64,000 nucleotides of DNA from a virus. Below are positions 36,201 through 43,461 of the stretch, one piece after another. Numbering within the stretch: position 1 is the first letter of the stretch; each line of letters starts with the position of its first letter. The notes below the pieces were generated by a model. It was not told where the DNA came from. It was given only the letters and a program-made list of their open reading frames with translations, and searched no databases. The DNA lies in the IMG/VR virus record IMGVR_UViG_3300045912_000789, positions 1-64,000 of that record. One strand, written 5' to 3'. The position numbers and the translations under genes are program-made.

Positions 36201-36838
36201 AGACGGATGCCGAGGGCAGGGCGCGCGCCGCGAGCATCGCCTTCATCAACACGTTCTCCGAGATCATCCGGGCCAGCATCGGGTCCCCCGACATGCCGCC
36301 GCAGCCTGGAGACACCGCCCCGCCCGAGCTGTCGGCAGGTGAGGAGCCCGGACCTCCGGGCGAGGTCGCGCCGGCGGAGGACACCGGCCTCATCGCTGCC
36401 GTGCGTGCCAGGAGCCCCATCGCCGAGGCCACCGAAGAGATCGTGCGCGCCTACAGCCAGGTGAAGACCCGGAACTTCGACGTCCACCAGTTCATCCGTG
36501 CGTACACCTGGCGGCCCATCGCCTCGATGGTCGACCTCTTCGGGACGGCCAACCTGGAGATCAACGACAGCGGCGAGGTCGTGCGGGGGCGCGAGGGCTT
36601 CCACAGCCGGGCCTTCGGCGACTACGACGACCTGCGGCAGCTCGTGAACACGAGCGACGGCAGCCGGCCGCAGACCATCCTCGGGCTCACCACGCGCGAT
36701 CCCGACGAGACGGGAGACGACAGCGACACCAGCCGGGACGCGAACATCGCAGCCCGCCTGGACACCCGCAAGGAGAAGCGGATCGCGGTCCTGAAGTACC
36801 TCTTCCAGCTCGGCGCTTCTTGCGGCGTCCTGGGCTGA
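33272..36838 (+). CDS. Putative baseplate hub / large tail protein (1188 aa)
   Basis: LRLFIEGVEVPV..IFGGEV..LQCMD..YW..PPRCNV.FP..GKFNPY..GFP architecture of hub-like proteins. Confidence 0.55.
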   Translation: MAVGQHLRLRLFIEGVEVPVISANIQSAKNAPVACSIQIPANDYALDFRPRSLIHLFMYDIYNGAPPEEMVSVGGPGVRVVDRDDGVDPELGGLFPPERFESTTEQNLTDLENENYKLIFGGEVVGINYSKSPTSRSVVLQCMDWSSYWDIAYQYMVSGMSLGGGGIRAAFTGAATTVFNDFLEGSGDIVVRLMETPPRSYPSLRGTLLGAITHIIEAIGGTYFGRRAVRGVNDFFSLAEMRLHLTQMLGANPFPERDEVRLMRARGFGSLFRRSLAGLGRLVTIRQVLLALQRYIFHEIVPINAPRYIPPLYDPALPRYETLGIEEDKETRPLARAARTIKARAEELKERQEASTDTSAARRQSDRRGGLQAEMRQLSRTCQRAAAAARRVGLQGGTYTRLSDFFGIPEVSRAFVVSGNNFNQLLDATRRGQRADVRTYTFYPPGSDSANTVNGLCDQIIALMQQVIESRHNRRIQRTTSQPDPPPRLITQIYRPDVWMVAPPRCNVFFPELYSQFSYGRNFQQEVTRLLLRTHSAFFGSDILFDGFYMAPSRLLGSRTGRPIGRGRIGADPPDLSDAPAWVVRDMLDHELFTGIIPAFERMSDLNLHALRGGYAMINGVRVGYAQLAANHIFFQYRFRSRELMLQGKFNPYAVLGFPTLVIDKYLPTDLLREGTYDPILAARLAEAVREGEGEIGPPSDERTRIAEANNARVAEVQAELLAGRPNTHYLGTPAMIVHSIDASSGGSTQVQMEYARTTNERTEFLGDNVGRSGRTRRTRNIQRTTVVAALEAPTVGSLGYYGGEIQEVTDVTDQYERRSRRRSTDRTGSSTRHASSSLLPLFVPDRRFTGRSRRGTRVPVGVEQTAASYGPEVVALVGAAGTFDASTSTDREILVTFRAFRIVEQIGAYRTEDVELPPEDLTFPPWYGEHYRTNRIGGLYAYYFGTGAITDPLFVLEPGADPAQFDGTAASEAASETDAEGRARAASIAFINTFSEIIRASIGSPDMPPQPGDTAPPELSAGEEPGPPGEVAPAEDTGLIAAVRARSPIAEATEEIVRAYSQVKTRNFDVHQFIRAYTWRPIASMVDLFGTANLEINDSGEVVRGREGFHSRAFGDYDDLRQLVNTSDGSRPQTILGLTTRDPDETGDDSDTSRDANIAARLDTRKEKRIAVLKYLFQLGASCGVLG

Positions 36839-36855
36839 AGTCGTACAATCCGGCC

Positions 36856-37419
36856 GTGTCCATCACCTCGACCAGCAAGACGCTCGCCCGGGGCCTGTCC
36901 AAGACACGGTCGGGCTCGCCGTCCATCGGCATCCAGAACCTGATCGAGGCCTCGAAGCGCAAGGGCTTCTCGGACCGGATCAAGAAGGCGGTGAGCGAGG
37001 ACGAGGCGCTCGACGCGGCCAAGATGCTGTCGACGAAGGGCCGAGCCCGGCGGTACGTGGAGGGCGGCATGATCGGCGGTGCGAGCTACCCGATCATCAG
37101 TGCCGCCGGCGAGGCCGCCAAGGGGCTCACGGCCCACAGCGGGTCGGGGAAGCTCCGGGCCGCCGGCGCAGCAGCGCGCGCGGTCCTGAAGGGGCCCGAG
37201 GTCGCGAAGAGCGTCACGCGGGGTGCGATGGGCGGCGGGGTGATCCAGGCGGTTCGGGAGGGCGTCGAGCTGGGCCGCGCGAAGAAGACCGTCCGCCAGT
37301 TCATCGACGAGCGTACGAAGGGCTCGGGGGTCGAGCCCGCACCGCAGAGCGCTGGCGTTCCTCGTCGACGCCCTCACGAGCCGTGGCGGTACGATCCGCG
37401 TCCGGCGGGAGAGTTCTGA
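36856..37419 (+). CDS. Basic Gly/Ala-rich putative virion protein
   Basis: TACAAT (36844-49), N6, GTG 36856. Confidence 0.65.
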   Translation: MSITSTSKTLARGLSKTRSGSPSIGIQNLIEASKRKGFSDRIKKAVSEDEALDAAKMLSTKGRARRYVEGGMIGGASYPIISAAGEAAKGLTAHSGSGKLRAAGAAARAVLKGPEVAKSVTRGAMGGGVIQAVREGVELGRAKKTVRQFIDERTKGSGVEPAPQSAGVPRRRPHEPWRYDPRPAGEF

Positions 37420-37919
37420 TGCCGTTCCAGTCGAAGAGGCAGTGGCGCGCCGCCTTCTCCGGCCGGATCCCCGGCTTCAGCAAGGAGAAGGCGCGGGAGT
37501 GGGCGCATGAGACGAAGGGTGAGTTCAAGCAGCTCCCCGATCGTGCGCCTGCCGAGAAGGGCAAGCCCACTCTGCGATCGAAGGAGGCGTCCGCGGCACC
37601 CAAGGCGGTGTACGTCGCGAAGAAGCTGCGCGAGCAGCTCATCAGCAGCGGCACCGGGAAGAACGTCTTCGATGCGATGCAGAGCGAGCGCGAGCGGTCG
37701 CGCCGCAAGCAGGCGTCCGACGAGTTCGTCGACTTCTGCGCGAAGATCGCCTTCGCCGTGCCGCGCCCGGGCCAGGTCTCGATGGCCTCCCGCCACGTCG
37801 GCAGCTTCAGCGGTCAGGCGACGACGAACTTCCTGAAGGCTCCCGGATCGACCACCGCAGCCGTCACCAACCCCCGTCTGAGCCTCCGCAACGCGATGAC
37901 GAAGACCATGCGGACCTGA
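37419..37919 (+). CDS. Basic putative head-internal protein
   Basis: MPFQSKRQWR N-terminal motif; KEA/KQA/KIA motifs; GGGAG SD; TACGAT box at 37390-95. Confidence 0.65.
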   Translation: MPFQSKRQWRAAFSGRIPGFSKEKAREWAHETKGEFKQLPDRAPAEKGKPTLRSKEASAAPKAVYVAKKLREQLISSGTGKNVFDAMQSERERSRRKQASDEFVDFCAKIAFAVPRPGQVSMASRHVGSFSGQATTNFLKAPGSTTAAVTNPRLSLRNAMTKTMRT

Positions 37920-37930
37920 CCTATCAGCAG
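37920..37930 (+). promoter_or_regulatory. Class A motif CCTATCAGCAG
   Basis: Identical 11-mer to 30133-30123; directly before the GGAGG SD of the sigma gene. Confidence 0.7.
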
Positions 37931-37943
37931 GTGGAGGCGCCGT

Positions 37944-38774
37944 ATGGCGAACAAGAAGGAAATCGAGAAGGTCGAGAAGTTCATCAAGGATGCCGCCACG
38001 AGCCCGGCGAAGGTCGAGCGTGCGACGCAGCGGTACGGTGAGCTGCGAGGTCGGCGTGGTCAGGAGCTTCAGCTCTGGCACTCCTGGGATCAGAGCGGGC
38101 GGAAGCAGGAGCACCTCGAACCGCTGCTGAAGTCGCTCGATCCGCTCATCCGTTCCGAGACCACGAAGCGCATGCAGGGCCTGGGCGGGTCGATCTCGTC
38201 GCCGGCCCTGAAGAACGAGCTGCGCCGCGCCGCGGTGCGGGCGCTGGAGACGTACGACCCGAAGAAGGGCACCCAGCTCACGACGCACGTCGTGAACAAC
38301 TTCATGCGGATCACGGACTTCGTCGCCGCCAACCGCAACCCGAAGTACATGCCGCGCGAGGACGTCGAGCGCTTCGGGGCGTTCCAGAACGCCAAGCAGG
38401 AGTTCGTCGAGGAGCACGGCCGGGAGCCCACGCACTTCGAGCTGAAGATGAAGCTCCCGACCTGGAGCGATCGTCAGATCAAGAAGATGACCAAGGGCTT
38501 CGGCAGCGAGGCCTTCACGGACATGGGCACCGAGCTGGAGCACGACGTTCAGCACGAGGACCCGATGCAGCGTGTGCGCGGTGCGCTTCACCTGATGCGG
38601 AGCACGCTGACGCCCGAGCAGCAGACGTTCGCCGACATGCACTACCCCGCCGAGGGCGAGCCGCAGAAGTCGGTGTCCGCCATCGCCAAGGCGATGAAGA
38701 TCCCGGAGCACAAGGCCTACCGGATCAAGAAGAAGGTCGAGGCGAAGCTCGCCCCGATCATCAAGGGGCAGTGA
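37944..38774 (+). CDS. Phage sigma70-family factor (FliA/WhiG-like)
   Basis: Region 2 ALETYDPKKGTQLTTHV; region 3 EHGREPTHFEL; region 4 LTPEQQ..SVSAIAKAMKIP HTH. Confidence 0.8.
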   Translation: MANKKEIEKVEKFIKDAATSPAKVERATQRYGELRGRRGQELQLWHSWDQSGRKQEHLEPLLKSLDPLIRSETTKRMQGLGGSISSPALKNELRRAAVRALETYDPKKGTQLTTHVVNNFMRITDFVAANRNPKYMPREDVERFGAFQNAKQEFVEEHGREPTHFELKMKLPTWSDRQIKKMTKGFGSEAFTDMGTELEHDVQHEDPMQRVRGALHLMRSTLTPEQQTFADMHYPAEGEPQKSVSAIAKAMKIPEHKAYRIKKKVEAKLAPIIKGQ

Positions 38775-38995
38775 TGCGCGCCGGAACCGTCTCCAGCAGC
38801 GCTCTCTCGGCACGCACCCTGCGCGCGAGGGACTACGTCTTCTCGCCGCAGCGCGAAGCCGACCGGCTCATCGACGCCTGGCTGAAGGACAACCCCGGCT
38901 TCATGCACAAGAGCACCCCGGCGATGAAGGACCTCCGGGAGAAGCTCATCGCGAAGATCGAAGAGGCGATGGCCTCGAACGCAACGAAGGAGTGA
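38771..38995 (+). CDS. Hypothetical protein
   Basis: Coupled start. Confidence 0.55.
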   Translation: MMRAGTVSSSALSARTLRARDYVFSPQREADRLIDAWLKDNPGFMHKSTPAMKDLREKLIAKIEEAMASNATKE

Positions 38996-38998
38996 CCG

Positions 38999-39235
38999 GT
39001 GACCGCGCAGGCCGACCTCGAACGCCGCAACGCCCTCCTCGACGAGCTGAAGGAAGCCGTCGATGACTGGGCTGACGCGGAGGAGGAGAAGGTCAACAAG
39101 GAGATCGACTTCATGAAGTCGGTCCTGCGCGGTCGTACGGGATCGGAGCGGCTCGCTCGCAGCAACACGGAGGAAGCACGAGTGCTCGTCATCGACGACA
39201 TCGACAGCTTCCTGACCGGTGACGGGGCCACCTGA
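38999..39235 (+). CDS. Hypothetical protein
   Basis: AAGGAG SD. Confidence 0.65.
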   Translation: MTAQADLERRNALLDELKEAVDDWADAEEEKVNKEIDFMKSVLRGRTGSERLARSNTEEARVLVIDDIDSFLTGDGAT

Positions 39236-39267
39236 TCCCGCTATTCTTTTGCTCCCAGGAGGACACC

Positions 39268-39969
39268 ATGCGCTACGACATCTCCGGCGTCATCGATCTC
39301 ACGACCCAGCAGACCATGCCCCCGGGTCGGCCCGAGAAGTACATGATGAGGGGGAAGCAGGTCGTGGTGCGTGATCCGACGAAGGTCACGGGGATCGTCG
39401 TCCACCAGACCGCCTGCGAGTTCGGTGTCTCGAAGCGGCAGATCGAGGAAGCCGGCGGCGACCCGGTGCTGGCGAAGCACCGCCGCGCGCTGAACATCGC
39501 GGCGCACGTCACCGCGTTCATGACCGGCAAGGCCGTCTACGCGAACCAGCTCCCGTGGTACGTCTACCACGGCAACGGCTTCAACGCGTACACCTACGGC
39601 CTGGAGATCGAGGGGCTCTACTGCGGACTGAAGGGGAACCTCCGCACGGCCGCAGGCGATCCCAAGGACGTCACGAAGCTGACGCGCGCGACGATCGACG
39701 CGGCACGCACCGGCATCACCTTCCTCTACGAGCGAGGGCGCATGCTGGGCTCCCCGCTGGAGTGGGTGTACGCCCACCGCCAGTCGTCCTCGACTCGTCG
39801 TAGCGATCCTGGTCAGGAGATCTGGGAGGAGGTCGTGCTGAAGTACGCGGTGCCCGTGCTGGGCCTGAAGGTCAACAACGATCTCGTCCTGCCGGCCTCG
39901 AACCCGAAGAACGGTCCGGGCTACCCGATCCCGCGCGAGTGGGATCCTTCGGCGACGGCGCGGTACTGA
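39268..39969 (+). CDS. N-acetylmuramoyl-L-alanine amidase (Amidase_2 endolysin)
   Basis: IVVHQTA..AH..HGNGFN..GLEIEG..AHRQ..DPG; AGGAGG SD; TATTCT box at 39242-47. Confidence 0.8.
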   Translation: MRYDISGVIDLTTQQTMPPGRPEKYMMRGKQVVVRDPTKVTGIVVHQTACEFGVSKRQIEEAGGDPVLAKHRRALNIAAHVTAFMTGKAVYANQLPWYVYHGNGFNAYTYGLEIEGLYCGLKGNLRTAAGDPKDVTKLTRATIDAARTGITFLYERGRMLGSPLEWVYAHRQSSSTRRSDPGQEIWEEVVLKYAVPVLGLKVNNDLVLPASNPKNGPGYPIPREWDPSATARY

Positions 39970-39983
39970 GGTAGACTCCTCCC

Positions 39984-40946
39984 ATGCCCGTCGTCACGCA
40001 GCAGCCCGTGCAGCTCTCGTACTTCGTCGCCGACCCGGCGACGGAGCTGCTGACGTACAACCGGCTGCGCTTCTGGCGAAGCCGCACCGGACAGGACGGA
40101 CTCTACGAGCCGGCGACGGCCGCTGCGGCAGCACCGGCAGAGTTGGAGGGCACTTCCGAGACCCCGCACCAGCTCAACGGCAAGACCCTGAGCTTCCGGG
40201 TAAGCGGCGTGACCCAGGTCGACGTGCTCTTCGCGGATCCCGACCCGGTCACGACCACGCAGGTCGTGGCGGCCATCACCGGCGCGACGGCGCTGGTCGT
40301 GGCCACCGACGTGGGCGGGAAGCTGCACCTCGCGTCCGTGGCGACCGGCAGCGGCGCCAGCATCGAGATCCTGGAGTGCGACGCGGCCCCGTTCCTCGGC
40401 TTCGATGTGGGGCAGGCGGCTGTCGGGCTCGACGCCGACCTCGTGCTCACCGCCGGCGTCCACGAGTACCTCTACACCGATCAGAACAGCTCGGTGGACT
40501 TCTGGTACCGGGTCGAGCTGCTCCACAGCGTGACTGCGCAGACGAAGGGGGCCGGCCCGGCGTTCCAGGCAGGGCCGATCGGAACGCCCAACAGCACCAA
40601 GATCTGGTGCTACATCCGGCTGACCGATCTGGGAGGCCGCCCGCTGGCCGGGCGGATCGTGACTCTTCTGAACCCGTTCATCCCGAACACCGTGGTGTCG
40701 GGAGCGTCTCGGTGGGGGATCTTCCGCCACTACGCGCAGATGACCACCGACAGCGAGGGCTACGCTCAGATCCGAGCGCTGCGTGGGATGCAGGTCGACG
40801 TGGCGGTCGACGGCACGAACTTCATCCGACGCCTCGGCATCCCCACCACGGGCGACAGCGTCGACCTGCTCGACCCGTCGCTGGTGGTCGAGGACGAGTT
40901 CGGCATCCAGGAGCCGAACATCGACTTCGCGGTGAGGACGTCGTGA
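39984..40946 (+). CDS. Putative virion structural protein
   Basis: TAGACT-N6-ATG; beta-rich; C-terminal GRP..TD..G domain shared with 42149..43063. Confidence 0.6.
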   Translation: MPVVTQQPVQLSYFVADPATELLTYNRLRFWRSRTGQDGLYEPATAAAAAPAELEGTSETPHQLNGKTLSFRVSGVTQVDVLFADPDPVTTTQVVAAITGATALVVATDVGGKLHLASVATGSGASIEILECDAAPFLGFDVGQAAVGLDADLVLTAGVHEYLYTDQNSSVDFWYRVELLHSVTAQTKGAGPAFQAGPIGTPNSTKIWCYIRLTDLGGRPLAGRIVTLLNPFIPNTVVSGASRWGIFRHYAQMTTDSEGYAQIRALRGMQVDVAVDGTNFIRRLGIPTTGDSVDLLDPSLVVEDEFGIQEPNIDFAVRTS

Positions 40947-41284
40947 GCCGCGGCAAGCTCGTGACGGTGGTCCTCCCGGCAGCGATGCACCACGCCGGAG
41001 TGCCGAAGGAAGTGAGAGAGATCGTGGAGCACCCCGAGAAGAAGCTGGTCGAGGTCGTCGAGAAGCGTGCAGCCGTCGACCGAGCCATGTTCAAGGGCTT
41101 CGTCGATCGCGTCATGAAGTCGATCGAAGACGACGAGCCGAGCGAGATGCATACCGCGCTCGGCCTACTTCGTCTCGACCGGACCGGTCCGGCGAAGGAG
41201 GACCGTCCTCCACGTGCGGCCTACGCCCGCCAGGAAGTCGGCAAGGGCCTCGTCGACAACGTGATCCAGAAGGCCGCGACCTGA
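40943..41284 (+). CDS. Hypothetical protein
   Basis: GAGGA SD; GTGA coupling. Confidence 0.6.
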   Translation: MSRGKLVTVVLPAAMHHAGVPKEVREIVEHPEKKLVEVVEKRAAVDRAMFKGFVDRVMKSIEDDEPSEMHTALGLLRLDRTGPAKEDRPPRAAYARQEVGKGLVDNVIQKAAT

Positions 41285-41288
41285 GCAA

Positions 41289-41331
41289 ACGGATGTGGTG
41301 CAGGCCCCCGAGGGGGCCCGCACCGCTCCGT
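41289..41331. terminator. Hairpin terminator at a convergent junction
   Basis: ACGGA..GGTGC-a-GGCCCC-CGAG-GGGGCC-c-GCACC..TCCGT. Confidence 0.65.
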
Positions 41332-42059
41332 CAGCCCTCGTCGCCGCCGCTCAGGATCCGACGCAGCTCGGGCGGCAGGTCGCCGCCGCCCAGCTCCATC
41401 ACCTGGATGTCGAGGCCCGGGATGCCGCTCCGACCACGCCCGCGGCGACCGCCGGGCGGCCCGCCGAGGAGCATCTCGAAGAGGGCGCCGAGGACCCCGC
41501 CGGCCGACGGCCCGCCGAGCCCCATCTCGTTGGCGAGGTCGAGCAGGTTGCGCGCGGTCTCCCGCACGCCCTGCTTGTCCTCCTCGGTCTCGTCCCGGTT
41601 GAGGCTCTTGGTGAGGAAGTGATCGGTCGCCGGCCCGGGCATCCGACCGCGGTACTCGGCCGAGCGGATCTTGTCGGCCGACTCGACGCTCGCGCAGAGC
41701 GCACACGAGCAGCCCGGCGTGAGCCGCTCGGTGTGCATCCGCTCGCGCTCGTCGCCGGCGGCGACGAAGGCGCGCACGAGCTTCTCGCGCTCCGGCTTCA
41801 TCAGCCGGACGAAGAAGCTCTTGATCGACTCGCCCTCCGCCGAGCGCGAGTCGATGCCGTGGATCATCAGCGCGACCTCGACCTTCGCCGAGAAGTCGTC
41901 GGTCTTCCGCGCGTCGCTGAGCGGCAGCATCACGAGCGTCTTCATGAAGTCGCCGAAGGTCGCGTACCGCAGCGCCTTGGCGGAGAGGGCCTCGTTGTCC
42001 GCGCGCAGCTTCTGGTTCTCCTCGCGAAGCCGCTGCATCTCGATGTTCGTCGTGTTCAT
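41331..42059 (-). CDS. Hypothetical protein (single-gene island)
   Basis: GAGGAG SD; H..CSCALC motif; own class A motif. Confidence 0.7.
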   Translation of the reverse strand: MNTTNIEMQRLREENQKLRADNEALSAKALRYATFGDFMKTLVMLPLSDARKTDDFSAKVEVALMIHGIDSRSAEGESIKSFFVRLMKPEREKLVRAFVAAGDERERMHTERLTPGCSCALCASVESADKIRSAEYRGRMPGPATDHFLTKSLNRDETEEDKQGVRETARNLLDLANEMGLGGPSAGGVLGALFEMLLGGPPGGRRGRGRSGIPGLDIQVMELGGGDLPPELRRILSGGDEG

Positions 42060-42089
42060 GTGGGTGCTCTCCTCGTGTGTTCGGTGGGC

Positions 42090-42148
42090 CGGAGCCCGTT
42101 CACTGGCTTATAGGGGCACCGGGCTCCGATTTCGTGTAGGATTCCGGC
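42090..42148. promoter_or_regulatory. Divergent promoters: class A (-, CCTATAAGCCA 42114-42104, inside a 9-bp IR) and class B (+, TAGGAT 42137-42, N6, ATG)
   Basis: CGGAGCCCG (42090-98) and CGGGCTCCG (42120-28) flank the motif. Confidence 0.65.
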
Positions 42149-43063
42149 ATGGCTCTGGAGACAGTCGAGATCACGGTTCAGGACGACCAGATCGTGCCGG
42201 CGCTGGTCGACGGCGTCGTCGTCCGGGTGTTCGACGTCACGGGGACCTCGCTGATCACCGAGGGGACCACCGGCGTGGTGCTTCCGGGGAAAGTCCAGTT
42301 CACGCTGGACGGCAACAACCCGGCGATCCGGTACCAGCTCCGGTTCTACATCAACGGTGGCTCGATCCCGTCTCCCCAGTACATCGACGTCTTCTCGCCC
42401 CCGGCAGCCGCGCCCACCGGCGCGAACAACTTCCTGATCACGGCGAGCCTCTTCACGCTGCCCACGGCGACCAACCCCCGGCTCTGCCGCGCCTCCGGGT
42501 ACATCTGGGGGCCGAACGGTCGCCCGAAGCTCGGGATCGACATCGCCTTCATCCCGATGTTCACGCCTCTGGTGGTCGACGGGATCGGCATCCTGGGCGA
42601 GCGCGTGAACATCAAGAGCGACAAGAACGGCTTCTTCCAGGTCGATCTGATCCGAGACGGGAAGTACGAAGCCGTCGTCGAGTCGCACGAGAATGTCACC
42701 AGGTGCGTGGTCGTGCCCGACCGTTCCTCGATCAACATCATGCACCTGCTCTTCCCCATCATCGTCGACGTGGACTTCGGCGTGGTCAGCCCCGTCGCCG
42801 TCCCCCTCGGAGGGATCATCACCCTCACACCGCAGATCACCGCCAGCAACTTCCAGGTACTGGAAGGGACAGCCGTGGAGGACGTACAGTACGCGGTGGA
42901 CGACCCCAGCGTGGTCGGGCTCACCATCAACCAAGGCACGATCGTTCTCAATGGACTCTCCGCAGGCAGCACATCCCTTCGTGTCACCCGCAAGGACACG
43001 TCGATCGTCTACATCCCCGATCCCGGCATCGATGGAGCGGTCGTTCCGATCACGGTCGCCTAG
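42149..43063 (+). CDS. Virion protein with an Ig-like C-terminal domain
   Basis: VQYAVDDPSVV..G.SAGST.L.V Big-like pattern. Confidence 0.6.
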   Translation: MALETVEITVQDDQIVPALVDGVVVRVFDVTGTSLITEGTTGVVLPGKVQFTLDGNNPAIRYQLRFYINGGSIPSPQYIDVFSPPAAAPTGANNFLITASLFTLPTATNPRLCRASGYIWGPNGRPKLGIDIAFIPMFTPLVVDGIGILGERVNIKSDKNGFFQVDLIRDGKYEAVVESHENVTRCVVVPDRSSINIMHLLFPIIVDVDFGVVSPVAVPLGGIITLTPQITASNFQVLEGTAVEDVQYAVDDPSVVGLTINQGTIVLNGLSAGSTSLRVTRKDTSIVYIPDPGIDGAVVPITVA

Positions 43064-43460
43064 CGTATCCGTCGACGCGGAGTACGCTGAGGGAAGGAAG
43101 CGGGGCACCACGCCGTCGCAGCGCCTCCTCGTGGCCATCATGCGCCGGGCGATCTGGGACTTCGTTCTGTACAAGGACGAGGATCCGTCCCAGTTCGATC
43201 CGGAGAAGTTCAAGAGCACCAAGGCGAAGAAGCGCGCGGAGAACGAGCGCAAGCGCGCGGAACGCGACCTCGCCATCGCGACCGACGCCGCGGGGTGGCT
43301 CTTCTGGGATGGCGAAGAGGAGATCGACGAGGAAGGGCGGTACACGTTCAAGTACATCTGCTCGATGCTCGATCTCGATCCGACCGAGGTCCGCCAGCGC
43401 GCGCTGTCGATGACCCGCGAGGACATCCAGACGCTGAACAACCACATCAAGGAGGACTGA
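43032..43460 (+). CDS. Conserved small helical/HTH-like protein (start uncertain)
   Basis: QRLLVAIMRRAIWD..AAGWLF..TFKYICSMLDLDP.EVR motif. Confidence 0.6.
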   Translation: MERSFRSRSPSVSVDAEYAEGRKRGTTPSQRLLVAIMRRAIWDFVLYKDEDPSQFDPEKFKSTKAKKRAENERKRAERDLAIATDAAGWLFWDGEEEIDEEGRYTFKYICSMLDLDPTEVRQRALSMTREDIQTLNNHIKED

Positions 43461-43461
43461 C

